The translations under genes were made by a program, and so were the position numbers. Below the pieces are notes generated by a model. The model was not told the DNA's origin and did not search any database. It saw only the letters and a program-made list of their open reading frames with translations. Shown here one piece after another: positions 18,785 through 25,892 of a DNA stretch of 64,000 nucleotides. Each line of letters begins with the position of its first letter. Position 1 is the stretch's first letter. The DNA is from a virus: the IMG/VR virus record IMGVR_UViG_3300030109_004085, positions 19,882 through 83,881 of that record; one strand, given 5' to 3'.

Positions 18785-19909
18785 TTATTCTTCTTTATCT
18801 ACGTCGTAGAAATCGCCTGCGTCTCCTTCGCGATTATCAAACTTCTTGATAATCTCCTCATCCATAATCTTAAATACACGATTTCTAAACTTATCATCTT
18901 CCAACTTATCTAACCAATGGGCTGACTGGAACTTTTCTTCTGTGCCATCTGCATAAACTAATGAATACCAAGCTCCTGCTTGCTTCAAATTGTCGGAGAT
19001 CTTGATTGCCTCCAACCAACTTTCCCTATCTTGCACCCCGATGTCTTCTGAGCCCCAAAGAATTTTGAAGGCGCAGTTTCTACCGGCAGTTCCAAATCGT
19101 GACTTCTCCAACTTAACTTTTACTTCTGAACCAATGCGGAAGCCACTTTCATCTACAATAAAGGCAGCCTTTGCCTTTCTTCCTGTCAGCCAAATGCGCA
19201 GGGAGTACACATAATGCATAGACTTGCCGCCCGGAGTGATATAGGGCGTGGTCATAGCAATAATACGCGCATTTGGACCCTGTGGGATATTCGTCTTTAA
19301 CTGATTAAGAACCAAGAACGCAGACTGTGTGTTTGCGATTGGAACCGTCAGCTTTGACATTCCCTTTGATAGAACACGAGCCTTGACGGCCATCGTAGAG
19401 TTCGGGTTGAAATCTCCCTCTACATCTGAGACCGTTGGAGTCAGAGCAAGTGAATCCCAAATGAATAGGGTTCGGGTCGCTCCTGAATCCAAAACTGCCT
19501 CAACAGTCTCAAGAACATGTTCCACGCTCTGTGCCTGAACATAAATAAGGTTTTCTAAATCACATCCCGTACGCTGTAAGAAGCTCGGGTCAATAGCAGA
19601 CTCTGCGTCCATATAAACAACATTCATACCCATCTTCTGGGCGTTTGCAGCAGTCTGCGCAGCCATAAAAGACTTTCCTGTTGCTTCAAGTCCAGCAATC
19701 TCCGTAAACTTGCCGACCGGGATTCCAGCCAACTGTCCTCGGCAAATGATAGAGTCAAGCCAGCGCGAACCGGTTGGAATCCATTCTTTTACCTCAGTTG
19801 GATTTTCTTGATTTAGATTGTGGGCACACTCCACCCCTGAAGTCTTATTAATGAGACTTCGTAGACCGTCAATCGAAATCTTGCCAGCCTTTGATTTACT
19901 CTTCGCCAT
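18785..19909 (-). CDS. recA: RecA/UvsX recombinase
   Basis: IPTGS, GLEATGKS, DAESAID, WDSLA, NQLK, TPGG. Confidence 0.9.
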   Translation of the reverse strand: MAKSKSKAGKISIDGLRSLINKTSGVECAHNLNQENPTEVKEWIPTGSRWLDSIICRGQLAGIPVGKFTEIAGLEATGKSFMAAQTAANAQKMGMNVVYMDAESAIDPSFLQRTGCDLENLIYVQAQSVEHVLETVEAVLDSGATRTLFIWDSLALTPTVSDVEGDFNPNSTMAVKARVLSKGMSKLTVPIANTQSAFLVLNQLKTNIPQGPNARIIAMTTPYITPGGKSMHYVYSLRIWLTGRKAKAAFIVDESGFRIGSEVKVKLEKSRFGTAGRNCAFKILWGSEDIGVQDRESWLEAIKISDNLKQAGAWYSLVYADGTEEKFQSAHWLDKLEDDKFRNRVFKIMDEEIIKKFDNREGDAGDFYDVDKEE

Positions 19910-20063
19910 CTTTATTAAACCTTTCTAAGTATTTCTTATACATTTCTTCTGCGAAATCTTTATGCAAAGCCTGAAGGGCTTGCTCAACTTCGTTTAATTG
20001 GCGCCGCAAATCTAACAGATACCAGATTAAAAGCGCTGTCAGAGTTGCGACGACCAATATCAT
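19896..20063 (-). CDS. 55-aa membrane-anchored protein (not in ORF track)
   Basis: MILVVATLTALLIWYLLDLRRQLNEVEQ...; fills the gap exactly. Confidence 0.65.
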   Translation of the reverse strand: MILVVATLTALLIWYLLDLRRQLNEVEQALQALHKDFAEEMYKKYLERFNKDGEE

Positions 20064-20067
20064 TTTA

Positions 20068-20241
20068 TCACTCTGCGCTATCGTCGTCGTCTACAGCAGC
20101 CGAATCATCATCATCGGTGGCAGAGTCGTCGTCGTCGTCGGCGTTAGCAAGCGGACAGCCACTTAGGACCACCATTGCAAAGCCCATAATCAAGCTGAGA
20201 AACGCTGTTAGCGCAATTCTATTATTTCGTACGATCATCAT
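20068..20241 (-). CDS. 57-aa lipoprotein with DDDDSA repeats (not in ORF track)
   Basis: AAAGGA SD; signal peptide with LSGC lipobox, then DDDDDSATDDDDSAAVDDDDSAE. Confidence 0.7.
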   Translation of the reverse strand: MMIVRNNRIALTAFLSLIMGFAMVVLSGCPLANADDDDDSATDDDDSAAVDDDDSAE

Positions 20242-20250
20242 ATATCCTTT

Positions 20251-20781
20251 CTAGTCGAACGTTAGGGTGCCGTTTGCAGTCTGGACAGAGACATTAAAGC
20301 CGGACACAAAACTATCTACATCAAAATACTTGAAACGACCGTCAGTGTCAAGCTCTGCGTTAAGAATATCTCCAAAACGAACCTTGACCGCGGTGGAAAT
20401 ATCACAACGGCCGCGCTTGTAGTCATACTGCTCGGTTGAATACTCTAGAGAATACTCTCCCTCGTAGATGGTCTCCACAAGACGTTCAGTAATGAAATCC
20501 TGGAAATACTCCTCTCCTCGCTCATACTCATCAAGCTCATTATTAGCACGCATCTCATTAAGAATATCGTTGCCTTCACTTGGCTCGCCGTAGGTGCTGT
20601 ACACCGGAACACCAGATGCAAGCAGTCCTGCAAGCATACTAGCAGTCGCCGTCTCAGCAACCGAATCAGCAACATACCCATCATTGATATGCCACACATC
20701 ATTACCCTCTGTGAAAGAGAGGGTTACAAAACTATCCTCTGACATCTCCAGCTTCTTTAGCTGGTTAATAAAATCACTCAT
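20251..20781 (-). CDS. Hypothetical acidic protein
   Basis: 176-aa ORF with GGGAG SD. Confidence 0.75.
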   Translation of the reverse strand: MSDFINQLKKLEMSEDSFVTLSFTEGNDVWHINDGYVADSVAETATASMLAGLLASGVPVYSTYGEPSEGNDILNEMRANNELDEYERGEEYFQDFITERLVETIYEGEYSLEYSTEQYDYKRGRCDISTAVKVRFGDILNAELDTDGRFKYFDVDSFVSGFNVSVQTANGTLTFD

Positions 20782-20809
20782 TTTAAACTCCCTTTGTTAA
20801 GTGAAAAAT

Positions 20810-20839
20810 GGGGCACCTGTAACCCGTGCCCCCCTGCGG
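20810..20839 (-). ncRNA. Structured motif copy 1 (also terminator-like)
   Basis: CCGCAGG-GGGGCAC-GGGTTACAG-GTGCCCC then ATTTTT. Confidence 0.6.
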
Positions 20840-20849
20840 TTGGTAGAGT

Positions 20850-21038
20850 TTACCTAGCGTTCTTAGTCTCTTGGACCTCAACGCGAAGCTCTTGAGCAAG
20901 CGTCTTTACTTCTTGCATAGCCTTGCGAACACGAGTTCCGGCGGCATTGTTTCCAGTGCCGAAGAACTTCTCGTGATCTTCGCGAGTCTGTTCAAGAAGC
21001 GTAATCAGCGTCTCAAGTCGGTTCGTTGTAGTAGTCAT
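20850..21038 (-). CDS. Histone H1-like Hc1 family nucleoid protein
   Basis: KFFGTGNNAAGTRVRKAMQEVKTLAQELR matches the Hc1 core GNKAAGTRARK. Confidence 0.75.
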   Translation of the reverse strand: MTTTTNRLETLITLLEQTREDHEKFFGTGNNAAGTRVRKAMQEVKTLAQELRVEVQETKNAR

Positions 21039-21208
21039 AACTCTTCCTTTCTAAATTGTGAGACCCCTGTAACCCCGGGCCTCCCTGCGGAGGGGATGTT
21101 TTCCAATTTTGCCTGAACTGCAAGGACTTGCTTTTCAAGGTATTTTATCATTCTACGGTAAGAATGCAACTCCTTGACAAGAAAGTCTTGTTCTTGCTCC
21201 ATGGACAT
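21035..21208 (-). CDS. 57-aa ORF reading through hairpin copy 2 (not in ORF track)
   Basis: MSMEQEQDFLVKELHSYRRMIKYLEKQVLAVQAKLEN...; stop overlaps the Hc1 start (ATGA). Confidence 0.5.
   Translation of the reverse strand: MSMEQEQDFLVKELHSYRRMIKYLEKQVLAVQAKLENIPSAGRPGVTGVSQFRKEEL
21060..21090 (-). ncRNA. Structured motif copy 2
   Basis: CCGCAGG-GAGGCCC-GGGGTTACAG-GGGTCTC; compensatory changes relative to copy 1. Confidence 0.6.
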
Positions 21209-21210
21209 TT

Positions 21211-21987
21211 TTACAGAGAACCCAACTCTGCGAATGCGGCATCGACAGAGTTAGTCTCACTGTCGCTGTTCTTATTGCCGTACTTCGTGGTCTCACTGCT
21301 AATCGCCTCTGGATCCTCGACCTGCGAGTTAATAAAATTATCAAGCATCGTTTGGACATCAGAAGTCGACTTGCGCTCAAATAGTCCCCCGAATTCGGGA
21401 ATACCATCAAGAAGCTCAGCGCACTTATCTGGAGTTAAATCCTCACAGAGAGCGGATGAACGTCGTCGTGGGACCAACTTAGTCTGGGGGAACGACGCTC
21501 CTGGGGGCTTACCGTAAGTAAGAGTCAGATCAGTGCCTGCCTCCGTATCGGTAATATCACCGTACTCAGGGTTGAGCACGAGAGAAAGAAGGTTTTCGTA
21601 AGCCATCTTGCCATAACCCCAGATACGAACTCCGAGATTTTCCTCGCCGCGGACCATCACCGGGGAGAAGAAACGCTGACGGACGAAGAGAGACTTCGCA
21701 GTCTTCTTGGAATGTTCGTCGTTGTTGTTTACACCCTCACGCCATAGCTGAGAAGCAAAATCGCACACAGGACAGTCATCACCGAAGTTACGCTTCGGAC
21801 AAAGGAAGCCGCCCTTTTCTACATTGTAATGGAAATGCATTTCCTTGAAGGGGTCTCCATCAGCAGTCGGAACAATACGAATGTCCTGATCACCTTCTGA
21901 AGGCCGCCAGAAAACGGAATCTCCACCTTTTCCCTCACCTCGCAAGGCTGAGAGCTTTTCTCGCATTTTGTCTAGATTAATACCCAT
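21211..21987 (-). CDS. Single-stranded DNA-binding protein, gp32-like
   Basis: FWRP, IRIVP, CPK...CPVC Zn site, IWGYGK, YGDITD...G.DL, acidic tail. Confidence 0.85.
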   Translation of the reverse strand: MGINLDKMREKLSALRGEGKGGDSVFWRPSEGDQDIRIVPTADGDPFKEMHFHYNVEKGGFLCPKRNFGDDCPVCDFASQLWREGVNNNDEHSKKTAKSLFVRQRFFSPVMVRGEENLGVRIWGYGKMAYENLLSLVLNPEYGDITDTEAGTDLTLTYGKPPGASFPQTKLVPRRRSSALCEDLTPDKCAELLDGIPEFGGLFERKSTSDVQTMLDNFINSQVEDPEAISSETTKYGNKNSDSETNSVDAAFAELGSL

Positions 21988-22021
21988 TTTTTAATCTCCT
22001 TATTGTTGGGTTAAAGTACGA

Positions 22022-22888
22022 TCAGCTAATATCCTGATCGTCTAAAAGTTTGTTAATATATTGTACCACAGAGGAATACCGAATGCAATAACAATATTTC
22101 TGCTCGTAACTCGTTCTGAACACACCATACGATACATTCTTCCCCGTGTCAAGCCGAGACTTGACAAAGTTGTTGATTTTTCTGAACAGAGTGCCGTCAT
22201 TCTTCAGGTCGTCCTCTCCAATACCATAGTAGTATACCACGTCCTTCGTGTTTGTCAAGGGATAAAACCACTTTTCCTTATACTGAGTGTAGTCATCGCC
22301 CTCCAGTGTTACTGCGCCTATGGTGCAGATACGCGATAATTCAGACGGAGTGATAAAATTACCAATTACAGGTTCTGAATGTCTAAACACATTAGTCATA
22401 TGAATAATATTTACGATTGCTTGGTTCAGAGTGTCATAATAACCAATAATCGACATATCACCAATGCTTCGCTCAATGTAAGCGTTATTAACCATAATAA
22501 TTTGCTCCAACATACCCGAACGAGCATATTCCTGCAACACAGAGGATACAATTTTCTCTTGCTTCTTCTGAACCTCGGACATAATCGAGAGGTCGCCCTC
22601 AATATACAAAACAGTCAGTCTGTTCTTTTGAAGTTGCTCCAACAGTCGTAGTGAGCCGCCAGAAATCTTACCTGCGCCAGCAATAACAACCAATACATCC
22701 TCATCTTTAAACTTTAGCTTCCTCTTAAGATCCGGGAATGAACTATCGTACTCTTCGTGGTTCTTTTTAGCTTTAATTGTGATATCAGCGTCTGGGTTGG
22801 CATCGATACCATAAGTTTGGTATTGCGGAAACTTTGAGAAAGCCTTCGCTATGTTGCAACCAGCCTTGCCAAGGCCAACCACGATCAT
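22022..22888 (-). CDS. Divergent tubulin/FtsZ-superfamily protein
   Basis: VVGLGKAGCNIA loop, IDAN, AGAGKISGG in place of GGGTG(S/T)G, IIMVNN, YDTLNQAI; start MIVVG via ATGA overlap. Confidence 0.65.
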   Translation of the reverse strand: MIVVGLGKAGCNIAKAFSKFPQYQTYGIDANPDADITIKAKKNHEEYDSSFPDLKRKLKFKDEDVLVVIAGAGKISGGSLRLLEQLQKNRLTVLYIEGDLSIMSEVQKKQEKIVSSVLQEYARSGMLEQIIMVNNAYIERSIGDMSIIGYYDTLNQAIVNIIHMTNVFRHSEPVIGNFITPSELSRICTIGAVTLEGDDYTQYKEKWFYPLTNTKDVVYYYGIGEDDLKNDGTLFRKINNFVKSRLDTGKNVSYGVFRTSYEQKYCYCIRYSSVVQYINKLLDDQDIS

Positions 22889-23199
22889 TCCTGAACCCAC
22901 TCCAGAAAATATCCCATATCAAAACCACCGCGCTCAATTCGCTTGACAGTAGTAGCCGTCATAATCTGAGAATCTCGGATGCCTTCGCGCTCGCAAATAA
23001 AATGAAGAATTTCCATGATATCGGCTGCTTCTTCGGCACAAGGGTTCTCGATAAATTCCGTCACTTCCTCTTGAAGCTTCTTGAGAGCCGCGGACGTAAG
23101 AGCTTCACCTTCAAGAATTGTGGTTTGGTGAACTTTGCCCGCTTCTTCAATAATCTCTGGAATTCGATCTCGGACAAGCTTGTGATGTAGTGTTTTCAT
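22885..23199 (-). CDS. MazG-like nucleoside triphosphate pyrophosphohydrolase
   Basis: KLVRDRIPEII, KLQEEVTEF, EEAADIMEIL, ERGGF. Confidence 0.85.
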   Translation of the reverse strand: MKTLHHKLVRDRIPEIIEEAGKVHQTTILEGEALTSAALKKLQEEVTEFIENPCAEEAADIMEILHFICEREGIRDSQIMTATTVKRIERGGFDMGYFLEWVQE

Positions 23200-23423
23200 C
23201 GCTGGGCCTCTTCCAACTGAAACTCTTCTTCCTGGTCAACCAAATATTCAAAAATATCTGCCACCGTAAGTTCGGTATAATCGCACCCAAATTTCTCAGC
23301 GCACTCTTCAAATATCTCAATAAGTTGAAGCCTCATAAATCCGGCGACACCATCGACTTTTCGTACGCCATTAACATAATGACTGTGTCTTGGAGGTCTG
23401 ATCTCTCTTACGTTGTCTTTCAT
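23196..23423 (-). CDS. Hypothetical protein
   Basis: 75-aa ORF, ATGA-coupled on both sides. Confidence 0.6.
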   Translation of the reverse strand: MKDNVREIRPPRHSHYVNGVRKVDGVAGFMRLQLIEIFEECAEKFGCDYTELTVADIFEYLVDQEEEFQLEEAQR

Positions 23424-24607
23424 AATTTTAATTCCTTCATTGCTCCGAGGTTCCTTCCAGCGGAGACATTCACCTTAAAGTCACCATAGCGGGTTTTTTT
23501 GAACGTGTCAAGCATTTCTACAATTGCTTGTCGTTCGTCATTTGCGAGATCGATGTATACAGCGTCGTGAATAAGAAACGCGATATTGCTTTTCATCCCC
23601 CTCAAAAGCTTAAAAACCTTATATGCCTGCTCATGCACCATATCAATGGTGGTGCTTTGCACAATGTAGTTTAGAGAGCGATGCTCATCTACATTATCCA
23701 TTATTCTACCATAATCAGTCTTGATTTTGAAGCCATTCCAGAACTTATTTCGTACAATATCCTTATTGTAAAGTTGCTCTAACTGCTTGTTTTCATTGGA
23801 AGAATACAACCAAGCGAAAGTCTTGACTTTGGCTTCCTCACGGGTTAATGTATTATTGAATACGCTCTGAACATTCCAATCATGAATGTCATTTTGCGGC
23901 TGTTCTTGCTCGGATAGAGCCAAAAGTACTCTTAACTCTGCGGCGTTGAAGTCAAGTTCCACGAGCCAATCATTGTTCGGCTTAATACATCCGCGAAATT
24001 CCTTGCCCATCGTCAGAATCGGAAAAGACTTAGGCTTTGTCGCAAGTCTGCCGGTTACAGTGCCCCAGGCGTTATAATCACACACCCAACGTGAGTTACG
24101 GAGCCTGTGATGGAAGTTCCGACCCTTTACAGAAGACAAAAGATGCTTGATAGGCTCGATATCGATGTTTAAGTCTCTCGACTCAATGTCCGAGAGCATC
24201 TGAACCAGATTAGACATATGCTCGTAATTCTCAGGACGATCGAAAGTGTCCAAAACGTGCTTTGTGACCTCATTTTTCGCATTCATATAGCGATAAAGGA
24301 AATATTCCGGCAATACGTCATAGAAGCAATTATCGTCCAAGGAAAGGTCAGCAGTTTTGAAGGCTCTCAGACACGATCTAAGCGTGTTTTTGATTTCCTC
24401 CCAGTCAGCCTTCATATCCTCCGGACAAACGTCTGTAATCGACGCTCCGTTGGCGTAGATGCGTGCTATCTCGTAGTTACCTTCACCCAAATGACTGGAA
24501 TATTCCCAAGTGCCACCTTCTGATGGAAGATCCGTCGTAGAGTTTATCTGATTTTTAGCGAAATAGCCAACACAATCGCGCTTGGCGTCTAGAACTTGAA
24601 AAAGCAA
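23420..24607 (-). CDS. Minimal family A DNA polymerase (polymerase domain only)
   Basis: TVTGRL, motif A LDFNAAELR, motif B REEAKVKTFAWLY, NYIVQST, motif C IHDAV. Confidence 0.8.
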   Translation of the reverse strand: MLFQVLDAKRDCVGYFAKNQINSTTDLPSEGGTWEYSSHLGEGNYEIARIYANGASITDVCPEDMKADWEEIKNTLRSCLRAFKTADLSLDDNCFYDVLPEYFLYRYMNAKNEVTKHVLDTFDRPENYEHMSNLVQMLSDIESRDLNIDIEPIKHLLSSVKGRNFHHRLRNSRWVCDYNAWGTVTGRLATKPKSFPILTMGKEFRGCIKPNNDWLVELDFNAAELRVLLALSEQEQPQNDIHDWNVQSVFNNTLTREEAKVKTFAWLYSSNENKQLEQLYNKDIVRNKFWNGFKIKTDYGRIMDNVDEHRSLNYIVQSTTIDMVHEQAYKVFKLLRGMKSNIAFLIHDAVYIDLANDERQAIVEMLDTFKKTRYGDFKVNVSAGRNLGAMKELKL

Positions 24608-24616
24608 GTTACCTCC

Positions 24617-25891
24617 CTAGTAACTGGACTGAATCGCAACAGCGGTTTCAGCCACTGTGTCTACTATATCAGATATTTCTGTCATGTCAAGGGAAGAATT
24701 CAGTTGACCATAATTTTTGGGGTAGATAAAGTTTTTGTAAGTTTCATCAACATACTTAACAATTTTCGCCATGGCCGTTTCTAGGGATGTTTGTGTTTTG
24801 AATATTTCGTAAGCTCTTCTCTTAGTTTTCTTAACAGATGGTCCCTCATAGTTTACCTCTGCATTTCTCAGATCAATGTAAAGATCAATTAGTTCCTTCG
24901 TTGTTAACGTTTGAGAACCTAATTGATCTCTTTGTTTTGTTACTAACTTATCCTTACCGCATGCTTCTTCGTAAAAAGGCTTTCGGTCAATAAACATTTG
25001 ATATGCCCTTTGAATAGAATATTCTAATAAGCTTAAATCAGTTTCACTAGCATCAGAATAAAACGTATTAAAGAAATTTTGTTCTGTAATATCTTCTCCT
25101 TGATTTGTTAGGTAATAATCAATGTAATTTAAAGAAGCATCTGTGAACAAGTCATATGTTAATATCCAAGGCACATACTTGTCAACCAGAAAGCCAAACT
25201 TTTTTGCGGCGCGCGCATAAAACTTAAAATTAGGGTCGTTAATAAACTGATCGTATTTGATTGCATCATTACCGGCATCTTGCTGGGCGATTGCGATCTT
25301 TAAACCGCTGCCAAAAGTTGAGGCGAAAGGAGACAAAACAAAGCTGGTCATGGTTATGGGCATACTTTTAACCATACTTAAAAGATATTTGACATATATA
25401 TGCTTAAAATCTATAAAGTTTCTAATTGGGGATTCGTAAGAAGGAACATAATTGTTGATAAAAGCCTCTATTATCTTGTTAGTGTGTGTGATGTGGGAAG
25501 AAGGCCAATCGATGTAACTAATAACAGCCCTTATATTATACAAAGATGAATTTCCGCCTCTATCAATACAATTTGTCAAATAAGCTGTTTTCATATGCTC
25601 AACAAAATCAGAAAATGCTTTGTTAACAAAGTTTAAACAAAACATGTTTGGCTGCACGCCGTACTCAATTTGAACTATGCTAGACTGCTTGGGTATCACG
25701 ACTGTCTGCTCTTGATTAACTCTACCGTATAAGTTCTTATCATACCAACTATCAAGAGGCTTAACAATATCGTCAGGATAGATAACTTCTTTGTATAATG
25801 AACGTTGAAAAAACTTAGCTCTGGCAGATTGAGAGTTTCTACCTGACGGGTTAGCCATCTCTTCCTCGGTATAATCGTATGTTGTAGTCAT
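24617..25891 (-). CDS. Hypothetical protein (end of baseplate operon)
   Basis: 424-aa ORF. Confidence 0.7.
   Translation of the reverse strand: MTTTYDYTEEEMANPSGRNSQSARAKFFQRSLYKEVIYPDDIVKPLDSWYDKNLYGRVNQEQTVVIPKQSSIVQIEYGVQPNMFCLNFVNKAFSDFVEHMKTAYLTNCIDRGGNSSLYNIRAVISYIDWPSSHITHTNKIIEAFINNYVPSYESPIRNFIDFKHIYVKYLLSMVKSMPITMTSFVLSPFASTFGSGLKIAIAQQDAGNDAIKYDQFINDPNFKFYARAAKKFGFLVDKYVPWILTYDLFTDASLNYIDYYLTNQGEDITEQNFFNTFYSDASETDLSLLEYSIQRAYQMFIDRKPFYEEACGKDKLVTKQRDQLGSQTLTTKELIDLYIDLRNAEVNYEGPSVKKTKRRAYEIFKTQTSLETAMAKIVKYVDETYKNFIYPKNYGQLNSSLDMTEISDIVDTVAETAVAIQSSY
24663..24690 (-). promoter_or_regulatory. Sigma70 promoter opening the replication module
   Basis: TTGACA-16 nt-TATAGT with TGn, inside the 3' end of the last structural-module gene. 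Confidence 0.6.
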
Positions 25892-25892
25892 A

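Noticed and set aside
7678-19909. Inteins or introns in dnaE, nrdJ, helicase or recA
   Set aside because: Lengths are normal, and no intein splice motifs or LAGLIDADG/HNH insertions were seen
22022-22888. Nucleus-forming (chimallin) jumbo phage, inferred from the tubulin-like gene
   Set aside because: The virion genes are T4-like, and no chimallin or multisubunit RNAP gene is recognisable in the window
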